A stretch of 64,000 nucleotides of DNA from Micavibrio sp. (GTDB taxonomy: Bacteria > Pseudomonadota > Alphaproteobacteria > UBA9219): positions 13,436 to 77,435 of the forward strand of contig DYDA01000005.1 of assembly GCA_020718105.1 (NCBI GenBank), written 5' to 3'. The notes below the pieces were generated by a model. It did no database searches. It was not told the DNA's origin and saw nothing but the letters and a program-made list of their open reading frames with translations. Numbering within the stretch: position 1 is the first letter of the stretch; every line of letters begins with the position of its first letter. Positions 21,913-30,171 of this stretch are shown here, piece after piece. The translations under genes were made by a program, and so were the position numbers.

Positions 21913-23211
21913 ATGACGATCATGACCGAGAAACCTGCCCGTATCACTGACGAAGAAGCCCTTGCCTTGCATGCCTCTGGCCGTCCCGGTAAATTGCAGA
22001 TTATGGCGACTAAGCCGTTGGCCAATGCGCGGGATTTGTCTTTGGCTTATTCTCCGGGGGTGGCTGCGCCTTGCTTGCGGATCAAAGAGGATCCCTCTAC
22101 AGCCTATGATTATACGGCCAAAGGAAATATCGTCGCGATTATCTCAAACGGCACCGCCGTTTTAGGCCTTGGCAATCTGGGTGCTCTTGCGGGCAAGCCT
22201 GTGATGGAGGGTAAGGCCGTTTTGTTTAAGCGCTTTGCTGATATCGATGGCATTGACCTTGAAGTTGACACCGAAAACGTCGAAGAATTCATCAATTGCG
22301 TGCGTTTTTTGGAGCCTTCCTTTGGCGGCATCAATCTGGAAGACATCAAAGCGCCAGAGTGTTTTGAGATTGAAAGGCGGCTTTCTGCTATTATGGACAT
22401 TCCTGTTTTTCATGACGATCAACATGGCACGGCCATTATCGCCAGCGCTGGCCTTTTGAACGGATTAGAGATTACGGGGCGCACGATTGAGACGACCAAA
22501 ATGGTCATCAACGGCGCGGGCGCGGCGGCAATTGCTTGCGCGACGTTGTTTAAAAGCATCGGCCTTAAGGCCGAAAACATCACGATGTGTGACACAAAAG
22601 GCGTGATTTATAAGGGGCGGACAGAGTCTATGAATCCCTATAAAGAATCCTTTGCCACCGAGACTAAGGCGCGGACGTTGGCCGAGGCTCTTGCTGGTGC
22701 AGACGTGTTCGTCGGCCTTTCGGCCAAGGGCGCCATGACGCAGGACATGGTGAAAAACATGGCGGCCAAACCCTTGATCTTTGCAATGGCTAATCCCAAT
22801 CCTGAAATAACGCCAGAAGAAGTTGCCGCTGTTCGCGATGATGCGATTATGGCGACGGGGCGCTCGGACTATCCCAACCAGATTAACAACGTTCTTGGGT
22901 TTCCTTACATCTTCCGTGGAGCGCTGGACGTTCGTGCCTCATGCGTCAACCAAGAGATGAAAATCGCGGCGGTGAAAGCCATTGCCGCCTTGGCTCATGA
23001 GCCAGTGCCTACCGAAGTTAAGGCTGCTTACGAAGGGCGTGAGCTTGTCTTTGGCCCCAGCTATATCATCCCAACGCCGTTTGATCCCCGCATGATGACG
23101 CGTGTGCCGCCCGCCGTGGCGCAAGCCGCCATGGACACCAAGGTTGCGCGTAAGCCTTTGGCTGATATGAAAGCTTATATCGAGGTTCTCAAGGCGCGTC
23201 AGCGCGGTTAA
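21913..23211 (+). CDS. NAD(P)-dependent malic enzyme, short form without the PTA-like domain
   Basis: 432 aa with LSLAYSPGVAAPC, PVMEGKAVLFKRFADIDG, FHDDQHGTAI and INGAGAAA. Confidence 0.9.
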   Translation: MTIMTEKPARITDEEALALHASGRPGKLQIMATKPLANARDLSLAYSPGVAAPCLRIKEDPSTAYDYTAKGNIVAIISNGTAVLGLGNLGALAGKPVMEGKAVLFKRFADIDGIDLEVDTENVEEFINCVRFLEPSFGGINLEDIKAPECFEIERRLSAIMDIPVFHDDQHGTAIIASAGLLNGLEITGRTIETTKMVINGAGAAAIACATLFKSIGLKAENITMCDTKGVIYKGRTESMNPYKESFATETKARTLAEALAGADVFVGLSAKGAMTQDMVKNMAAKPLIFAMANPNPEITPEEVAAVRDDAIMATGRSDYPNQINNVLGFPYIFRGALDVRASCVNQEMKIAAVKAIAALAHEPVPTEVKAAYEGRELVFGPSYIIPTPFDPRMMTRVPPAVAQAAMDTKVARKPLADMKAYIEVLKARQRG

Positions 23212-23299
23212 CCCAATCGTAACGCTCTTTGCTCTATAACAGGTGTGCTGGTATTTCTGGAAGGAACCTTCCTCAGGCTGTGGTAAGGACGTTTGATCC

Positions 23300-24340
23300 A
23301 TGGGGTTAGTCACGCAAGAAGAGCTTGAGCCGATGCTTGGGCTGCATGAGCGATTCTTAAAAGGCCTTAACAATTCCCATCGTCTTGATTTGACGATGGC
23401 GAATGCGCGGAATCTTGATTTTTCTAAGCGGCTCTTAAGTGAGGCTGATTTTGTCGGCTCAATCATGGATGGCAGTTGCTTTGCAGAAAGCATTGTTCAG
23501 CGAGTCAACTTTTTTGGCGCCAATCTTAATCGTTGCGATTTTCAGAAGGCTGATCTTATACAAGCCGATTTGCGCGGGGCGCATATGCGCGCCGCCGATT
23601 TTACTGGCGCGATCTTGACCGAAGCAAACTTTGGTGAAGGGTCGCTGTTACAGCGCGGTGGTGATGGCGACATTGCCCCCGTTCATGATCAAGGCAGCCA
23701 GAAATCGCGCATGAAGGACACGGTTTTCCGCCATGCTTCGGCTGAACGTGCCCGCTTTTCCAGCGCCGTGGCTTTGTCAACGGACTTAAGCTTTGCCAAT
23801 TTTCGTGGCGCGAAATTGTCAGGCGTAAACTTTGCGGGCAGCAACTTACGCGGCGTTTCTTTTTCGCAAGCGGATTTGACCAACTGCGATTTTTCGGGAA
23901 CCAATATGAACTCGGTCATTCTCAGCGGCGCGATCCTTAAAGGTGCGACGTTTGAAAAAGCCGATCTGACCGCCAGCGTCATTGATATGAGCGACTATTC
24001 GCATGTATCCGTGATGACGGACAAGTTGCCGCGCAATCTTGAGCATCTTGATATCGAAATACAGGAAATTCTAGCCAGTCATCATTTGTGGATTACTTCT
24101 ATCGGAAGGCAGGGCGCGCAAGCCGATCTGTCGGGCGTGAATTTGGCCTCGGCTGTTTTAAACGGCGTTCAATTGCAGGCCGCTAACTTAAAAAATGCGT
24201 TATTGCGTAATGCTTCGTTCAACAGCGGGACGTTTTCCATGGCTGATTTGTCGGGGTGCACGCGGCGGCGGCGACTTTCCTTAAAGCCGATTGTCGCGGC
24301 ATCAACTTTTGCGAAGCAGCCTTGGAAGAGATTGATATGA
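23300..24340 (+). CDS. Pentapeptide-repeat protein, N-terminal reading frame of a probably frameshifted gene
   Basis: Long runs of A(D/N)LxG-type pentapeptides (ADLIQADLRGAHMRAADFTGAILTEANF, ANFRGAKLSGVNFAGSNLRGVSFSQADLTNCDFSG). The repeat pattern leaves this frame at about 24253-24256, and the last 28 aa look like out-of-frame read-through. Confidence 0.75.
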   Translation: MGLVTQEELEPMLGLHERFLKGLNNSHRLDLTMANARNLDFSKRLLSEADFVGSIMDGSCFAESIVQRVNFFGANLNRCDFQKADLIQADLRGAHMRAADFTGAILTEANFGEGSLLQRGGDGDIAPVHDQGSQKSRMKDTVFRHASAERARFSSAVALSTDLSFANFRGAKLSGVNFAGSNLRGVSFSQADLTNCDFSGTNMNSVILSGAILKGATFEKADLTASVIDMSDYSHVSVMTDKLPRNLEHLDIEIQEILASHHLWITSIGRQGAQADLSGVNLASAVLNGVQLQAANLKNALLRNASFNSGTFSMADLSGCTRRRRLSLKPIVAASTFAKQPWKRLI

Positions 24341-24618
24341 GGGAAGCCAATTGCTCACCCATGTCAATTATGACGGGGTTTTCAGGCTCGCGTCCCGTCA
24401 GTTGGCCTGCCAACTTTTCGCAGTGCAGCTTAAGATACGGCAAGTTGAACGGCGCTAATTTAAGCTTTGGTAATTTTGAAGGCGCTTTGCTTACGCATGC
24501 TGATTTACGTGATGCCAATCTTGAAGAGGCAAACTTGGTGGATGCCGATCTAACAGACGCGGATTTGCGCGGCGCAAACTTGAACAAGGCCGATACGCGC
24601 GGCGCTATAGGTTTATGA
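24256..24618 (+). CDS. Pentapeptide-repeat protein, C-terminal reading frame (continuation of 23300..)
   Basis: A different frame continues the same repeat (FLKADCRGINFCEAALEEIDMREANC ... ADLRDANLEEANLVDADLTDADLRGANLNKAD). Confidence 0.7.
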   Translation: MHAAAATFLKADCRGINFCEAALEEIDMREANCSPMSIMTGFSGSRPVSWPANFSQCSLRYGKLNGANLSFGNFEGALLTHADLRDANLEEANLVDADLTDADLRGANLNKADTRGAIGL

Positions 24619-24628
24619 GGGATTATCG

Positions 24629-25750
24629 ATGGCTAATAAATATCTAAAACCTATGCTGGATACGGGCAGTCCCCGTGTTTTTAATTGTAATGAGATGTCG
24701 CGCCGCGTGCTGGCCGTCAATCCTGATGCTTCTCTTTTCTTTCGCAACAAAGCGCTTAATCAAATTGTTTTGATTAAGGACGCCGTGCCGGAAAGTGAAC
24801 GCGTTCCAGGTATGGTTGCTGTGGGCATGAAGCTTTATTTTCCGTTTAACCAGAACGACATTTACGAAGGTGGGCGCACGATCTTTTTGCATAGTAAGGG
24901 CGTTGAAAGCGCGATCACGGATTATTGCGGAGAGGGCGCTGTAACGCCTGAATCGCTCTCTCATGACATGAAGATGCTGTCGATCTTGGGGCACATTCCT
25001 TCGTTGGATCCTTTTTTGATGAAGGACGTTTTCTTGCGCGAGGGGATGACGCTTGATCCCGCTTATTTTGAGGTGAGTGAGGAAACATGGGCGCAAATAG
25101 AATTGTTTATGCTTCAAAAGTTTGAGCCGTTGATCATGGCGGCTTTTCCCGATGCTCAATCATCGGATGAGAAAGCGCGTCTGTTGATCGATAAGATTTG
25201 GGAGGCGCGTGATCTAGAGGCGTTGATGCCGCTTATCGAAGGCTTCCGTCTTCCGAAAGAACGCGCCTTGGATATCTTCGCATCGTGGAAAGGCATTGTT
25301 TACTACACCTATCAATATGCGCGGGCTCAACCTCACTTTGTTGAACTGCTTAAATGGATCAAGGACAACGAGACTCTTCCCGCCGGTCTAACGTCTGCCG
25401 AAATAAAGGATGTCACGGCCATGATGACAATGATCCGTGATCAATTGCGTTTGGAATGGCAAAAGACGGATCAGATCGTAAAGGATTATCAGACCAGCTA
25501 TGATAAAATGTTTAAGGACAAAATTGGCTCTGCGGATTTCTTGGCCTTTTTGAAAAACAGCGACAAGATTTATTGGGAGATCGGCAATTGTCTGGGCAAA
25601 GTTGATCATGCTCTTTATTGCTGGGACGTTATGTCGTCCCGTTACAATGATCGCAAAACGCCATGGGCCGCCAGTCAGGAAATCTTCCGATTGCTCGCGC
25701 AGGTTCTTGAGCCTGAAAAGAAACAAAATACCAGCTCGGCATGGACGTGA
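24629..25750 (+). CDS. Hypothetical protein, 373 aa, no family recognised
   Basis: A clean ORF 10 nt after the pentapeptide gene that overlaps the U32 gene start by 10 nt. The protein looks acidic, helical and soluble, with no motif I recognise. Confidence 0.7.
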   Translation: MANKYLKPMLDTGSPRVFNCNEMSRRVLAVNPDASLFFRNKALNQIVLIKDAVPESERVPGMVAVGMKLYFPFNQNDIYEGGRTIFLHSKGVESAITDYCGEGAVTPESLSHDMKMLSILGHIPSLDPFLMKDVFLREGMTLDPAYFEVSEETWAQIELFMLQKFEPLIMAAFPDAQSSDEKARLLIDKIWEARDLEALMPLIEGFRLPKERALDIFASWKGIVYYTYQYARAQPHFVELLKWIKDNETLPAGLTSAEIKDVTAMMTMIRDQLRLEWQKTDQIVKDYQTSYDKMFKDKIGSADFLAFLKNSDKIYWEIGNCLGKVDHALYCWDVMSSRYNDRKTPWAASQEIFRLLAQVLEPEKKQNTSSAWT

Positions 25751-27378
25751 TCACCGAACTTTTAATGCCTGCTGGCTCGCTGGAAAAGCTGAAGGTTGCT
25801 ATCCTTTATGGGGCCGATGCCGTTTACATGGGCACGCCCGACCTGTCGCTTCGCACGCGATCCAATTTTACGCTGCAGGACGTGGTTGAGGGTGTGGCGT
25901 TTGCCCATGCTCATGGCAAACGCGCCTATCTGACGCTTAATCTGTTCGCGCATAATCGTGATGTTGAAAAGCTGCCGGATTATGTAGAGACGATCCGCAA
26001 GGTTGCCCCCGACGGCGTGATTGTCGCGGATCCAGGTGTGTTTCAATTTGTCCGAAAAAACGCGCCCGACTTAGAAATCCATATCTCGACCCAAGCGAAT
26101 GTCTGCTCGGCGGCAGCGGTGAAGTTTTGGCAAGAGATGGGCGCAAGCCTTGTGGTGTTGGCGCGAGAGGTGTCGTTTGCGGAGCTTCAAGAAATCCGCG
26201 CCCAATGCCCCGATGTGAAATTAGAGGCCTTTGTTCACGGCGCGATGTGCATGACCTATTCGGGGCGGTGCTTGCTGTCGAACTATTTGGCCGAACGTGG
26301 CGCAAACCAAGGCAATTGCGCCAATTCCTGCCGCTGGCATTACAAGGTGCGAATGCGCCTGAAAGACGGCACGCTTAAAGAGCTGGCGCTGAATGATCAA
26401 ACGCGTGAGCTGTTTGATTTCTTTTTGGTGGAAGAACAGCGACCCGATGAGTTTTTAGAGATCGAGGAGAACGAGCGTGGCTCCTATATCCTCAACGGCA
26501 AGGATTTATGTTTGATGCCGCGCCTTGATGAGATTTTGGCGATGGGGATTGACTCGTTAAAGGTAGAAGGGCGCAATCGCAGCGCCTATTACGCTGCCGT
26601 GACGGCTCGCGCTTATCGCATGGCCATTGACGCGTGGCGGCGCGATCCAACGTCATGGAAACCCGATGCCTACATGCGCGAGCTTTTGACGCTTCCAACG
26701 CGCGGCTACTCCTTAGCGTTCCATGAAGGGCGCCTTAGCCATCACGCGCATAACTATGAGGACACGCACACGCTGTCCGCGTGGGACTATGCGGGGATCG
26801 TGGTGGAGGTAACGAACGACGCCTTTATTTTGGATATCAAAAACAGGCTTTCGCAAGGCGATGTTTTAGAGTTTATCCCCCCCGATGCGGGCGATCCTTT
26901 GTTGCTGCGCATTTATGAGTTTGAGGACATTGCTCACCATCGTACGACGCGGGAGGAAGGCATCCACGCGGGGCAAAAGCCGCGTCTGCGGATTCCGTTT
27001 TCGTGGTTTCATGAAGAGAAGGTTGAAACGTTGAAGGGTCGCTTTCCGCCTTACACAATCGTGCGCAAGGAACGCGTCTTAAGCGAGGATGAGGCGGCGC
27101 GGCTCAAGCTGGATAAAGTCGCCTCACAGGTAGAAACGGGCCGCGCTAACGAAGCGGAATATCAAACGAAGCGCGACGCGCTTGTCGAGGCGTTGCAGGA
27201 TGCAAACAGCGGCAAGGCCTTTCGCTCACCGCGTTTGGGCGTTGAGGGTTGCTGTGGGCGTGGATGCAACGGCTGCCAACATTTCTGGCATGATGAGCGT
27301 TTTGCGCGCGCCCGCGATCTTCTCCGCACAAAAAAACAGGGCGTTTTGTTGAGTGGAGAAGAGGCGAAAATGCCCTAA
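25741..27378 (+). CDS. U32 family protein (Fe-S hydroxylase-type peptidase U32 homologue) with a Cys-rich C-terminal extension
   Basis: ELLMPAGSLEKLKVAILYGADAVYMG at the N-terminus, a CMTYSGRC-x15-CANSC motif (CX6CX15CX3C), and CCGRGCNGC near the C-terminus. Confidence 0.88.
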   Translation: MDVITELLMPAGSLEKLKVAILYGADAVYMGTPDLSLRTRSNFTLQDVVEGVAFAHAHGKRAYLTLNLFAHNRDVEKLPDYVETIRKVAPDGVIVADPGVFQFVRKNAPDLEIHISTQANVCSAAAVKFWQEMGASLVVLAREVSFAELQEIRAQCPDVKLEAFVHGAMCMTYSGRCLLSNYLAERGANQGNCANSCRWHYKVRMRLKDGTLKELALNDQTRELFDFFLVEEQRPDEFLEIEENERGSYILNGKDLCLMPRLDEILAMGIDSLKVEGRNRSAYYAAVTARAYRMAIDAWRRDPTSWKPDAYMRELLTLPTRGYSLAFHEGRLSHHAHNYEDTHTLSAWDYAGIVVEVTNDAFILDIKNRLSQGDVLEFIPPDAGDPLLLRIYEFEDIAHHRTTREEGIHAGQKPRLRIPFSWFHEEKVETLKGRFPPYTIVRKERVLSEDEAARLKLDKVASQVETGRANEAEYQTKRDALVEALQDANSGKAFRSPRLGVEGCCGRGCNGCQHFWHDERFARARDLLRTKKQGVLLSGEEAKMP

Positions 27379-27387
27379 AAAGGCCTT

Positions 27388-27573
27388 TATACCCCTCGTG
27401 AATGAAGAGTTGGTTTTCTGGAATAGAAAAAAAACAAGAAAACGGGATCCCCGCTTTCGCGGGGATGACGCTAAAGGGAAATAAAACCATAAAAAACACC
27501 GTCATGCCCGCGAAAGCGGGCATCCCGTTTGTTTCCTTTAAGGCTTCCCAACTCTTGAAGTGTTTTGGGTATA
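27388..27573. repeat. MITE-like palindromic element, copy B (archetype)
   Basis: TATACCCCTCGTGAATGAAGAGTTGG ... CCAACTCTTGAAGTGTTTTGGGTATA termini. Two internal hairpins: GGGATCCCCGCTTTCGCGGGGATGACG and CGTCATGCCCGCGAAAGCGGGCATCCCG. Confidence 0.8.
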
Positions 27574-27650
27574 AACGTCAAATTCCTCGCAAACAGGCAA
27601 AGTATGCTATAGAAAGGGGCTTGCCCTGTGGTTTCTTTGAGTTTTTGACA

Positions 27651-29012
27651 ATGAAAAAAATGTTTTCTATCGCTATCGCTGGCCGTCCCAACGTCGGCAA
27701 ATCGACTTTGTTTAATCGTTTGATTGGCAAGGCCATGGCGATTATCGACGATCAACCCGGTGTCACGCGCGACTGGCGTGATGGCGAGGGCAAGCTGTTC
27801 GATCTGCGCTTTATGCTTTATGACACCGCTGGCCTAGAGGATATGAGGCCTCGCGGTAGCATCGCGGCGCGAACGGCGCAGCGCACGAAAGAGGCGATGG
27901 CGCGGGTTGATGTCATCATGATGATGGTGGATGGCCGCGCAGGGCTGACAAACGATGATATTTTTATCGCGCGTGAAATCCGCAAGGCGGATCGCCCCAT
28001 TATCGTGCTGGTGAACAAATGCGAAAGCACGAAGGTGACGGTAGGCTTTAACGAGGCGCTGACGCTGGGCTTTGATCGCGTGATCGCGATCTCGGCCAAG
28101 CACGGCGAGGGGCTGGGCGATGTCTATGACGCGCTGAAAGAGCTTGCGCCAGAAACAGCCTTTGAGTCTGAGGAAGATGGCGCGGCGCAGGATGAAAGTG
28201 AAATGCGCCTTCACCTTGCGATTACGGGGCGGCCCAACGCGGGCAAGTCCACGCTCGCCAATCAATTGCTGGGCGAGGAGCGTATGCTCACGGGCCCCGA
28301 ACCCGGATTGACTCGCGATGCTATTCATATGGAGTTCACCTATCGCGACCATCCTATCCGCCTTGTGGATACGGCGGGCATTCGTCGCCGCTCGCGCATT
28401 GATGAGAAGTTGGAGAAAATGAGCGTGCAGGAATCCTTGCGCTCTATCCGCCTTGCGCATGTCGTGATTTTGATGATCGATGCCGATATGCCCTTTGATA
28501 AGCAGGATTACACGATCGCGCAGCATGTGGCCGAAGAGGGGCGTGGCCTTGTGATTGCGATCAACAAATGGGACACGGTCACGGAAAAGACCGCGACGCT
28601 TCGCATGATTCAGGCGAAAGTCGAAGCCTCGCTCGCGCAGCTATCCGGCGTGCCGATTGTGCCGATGTCGGCCTTGAAGGGCGACGGGCTAAACGCTTTG
28701 ATGAAGGCCGTGTTCCAAGTCTATGAAACATGGAACAAGCGCGTATCGACGGGGCAGCTGAACCGCTGGTTCGCGGGGATGCTGGCCGATCATCCGCCTC
28801 CCATCGTTGGGGGCGGTCGCGTTAAGCCGCGTTATATCACACAGATGAAGGGGCGTCCCCCCACCTTTGGCATGTGGGGCAATAAGCTGGACAAATTGCC
28901 CGAAAGCTATCTTCGCTTCCTGACGAACGGCCTTCGCCGCGCCTTTGATTTTCAAGGCGTGCCCATCAGGTGGGATTTGAAGAAGGGCGAGAACCCCTAT
29001 GATAAGAGTTAG
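27651..29012 (+). CDS. der: Ribosome-associated GTPase Der (EngA)
   Basis: Two tandem GTPase domains (AIAGRPNVGKSTLFNRL and AITGRPNAGKSTLANQL, NKCES/NKWD) plus a KH-like C-terminus. I took the start at ATG 27651 because the ORF-track start at 27402 reads through the MITE. Confidence 0.93.
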   Translation: MKKMFSIAIAGRPNVGKSTLFNRLIGKAMAIIDDQPGVTRDWRDGEGKLFDLRFMLYDTAGLEDMRPRGSIAARTAQRTKEAMARVDVIMMMVDGRAGLTNDDIFIAREIRKADRPIIVLVNKCESTKVTVGFNEALTLGFDRVIAISAKHGEGLGDVYDALKELAPETAFESEEDGAAQDESEMRLHLAITGRPNAGKSTLANQLLGEERMLTGPEPGLTRDAIHMEFTYRDHPIRLVDTAGIRRRSRIDEKLEKMSVQESLRSIRLAHVVILMIDADMPFDKQDYTIAQHVAEEGRGLVIAINKWDTVTEKTATLRMIQAKVEASLAQLSGVPIVPMSALKGDGLNALMKAVFQVYETWNKRVSTGQLNRWFAGMLADHPPPIVGGGRVKPRYITQMKGRPPTFGMWGNKLDKLPESYLRFLTNGLRRAFDFQGVPIRWDLKKGENPYDKS

Positions 29013-29017
29013 CCGCG

Positions 29018-29671
29018 ATGAGCCTTCCGTTTCCTCAAGCCGTTGTCTTTGATTGGGACAATACGCTGATTGATAATTGGGACGCGATCACCGAAGCGCT
29101 CAACAAAGTCCGCGCGATGAGCGGCCTTGAAACATGGACGACGCCTCAGGCGCGGGTGAAGTCAGCAAGGCCCATGCGCGTAAGCTTTCCCGAATGGTTC
29201 GGTGACGCGTGGGAGGCGCGGCGCGATATTTTCTATGCGCATTTTGAGGCCGTTCATATCGAAAGGCTGCGGGTCATGGCGGGCGCGCCAGAGCTTTTGG
29301 CGGTGCTGGACGCACGCGGCATCCCGATGTTTATCGTCAGCACGAAGAAGAATAGCCTTCTCAATAAAGAAATCGATCACCTAGGCTGGCGGCGCTATTT
29401 TAAGGCTATCGTCGGGGCGCTGGATTGCCCGCGCGACAAGCCCGACAGGATGCCCGTCGATCACGCGCTTGCGGCGGCGGGTTTGAAGGCGGATAACCCC
29501 GCCATCTGGTTGGTGGGGGACACGCACGCGGATGTTGAATGCGCCTTGCGCAGCGGCTGCACGCCTGTTCTTGTCGGCGATAGCGCCTATGCCGCCAGCC
29601 TTGGCATCCGCGCCTCTTTCCCCGATTGCCATGCGCTGGTAGAGTGGATGGCGGATGCAAGGCGCTTGTGA
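29018..29671 (+). CDS. HAD-superfamily hydrolase (phosphoglycolate phosphatase-like)
   Basis: VVFDWDNTLID (DxDxT motif I), FIVSTKK (motif II) and WLVGDTHADVECA (motif IV). Confidence 0.8.
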   Translation: MSLPFPQAVVFDWDNTLIDNWDAITEALNKVRAMSGLETWTTPQARVKSARPMRVSFPEWFGDAWEARRDIFYAHFEAVHIERLRVMAGAPELLAVLDARGIPMFIVSTKKNSLLNKEIDHLGWRRYFKAIVGALDCPRDKPDRMPVDHALAAAGLKADNPAIWLVGDTHADVECALRSGCTPVLVGDSAYAASLGIRASFPDCHALVEWMADARRL

Positions 29672-29726
29672 TGATATAACCCTGTCGAAGGGGTGATGAC
29701 AAGCCTTGCTTGCTAGAAACAAAGGC

Positions 29727-30062
29727 TCAATCTTTCTGTGTTTTATCAAGGACGAGTTGATAGCCTTTATAGTTTTCTTGTTCTAAAAAACGAGCCACGC
29801 GGCCAATGGTTGTGACGCTCACGCCCGTTCGTTGATGAATGGCGCGGTATGAGAGCGAGCCTTCGTTAAGGAGGCGGGCGACCCACCAGCGTTCGGCCAT
29901 ATCCGAGATTTCCTTGGGGGTGCAAAGATCATAAAAAAACCGACGGCATTCGTCTGCGTCCTTTAATGTTATGAGAGCCGCAAAAAGCTCTTTTTCTATT
30001 GCGTTTTCTTTGGGCTTATTCGTGCCTGTGCTGCTGGCGCGAGTATGGCGGGTTTCGGACAT
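29727..30062 (-). CDS. TrpR-related YerC/YecD family DNA-binding protein
   Basis: 111 aa with CRRFFYDLCTPKEISDMAERWWVARLL..SYRAIHQRTGVSVTTIGRVARFL. Confidence 0.8.
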   Translation of the reverse strand: MSETRHTRASSTGTNKPKENAIEKELFAALITLKDADECRRFFYDLCTPKEISDMAERWWVARLLNEGSLSYRAIHQRTGVSVTTIGRVARFLEQENYKGYQLVLDKTQKD

Positions 30063-30171
30063 GACGAATCCTTTTTATATGTGCTAGGCTTTTGGTGATC
30101 CTTTCAAAAACATAGCATTTTTGAAAGGTTGCTGCCACTCTTTCCGTTTCTTTTGCAGGTATGGTTTCTTT

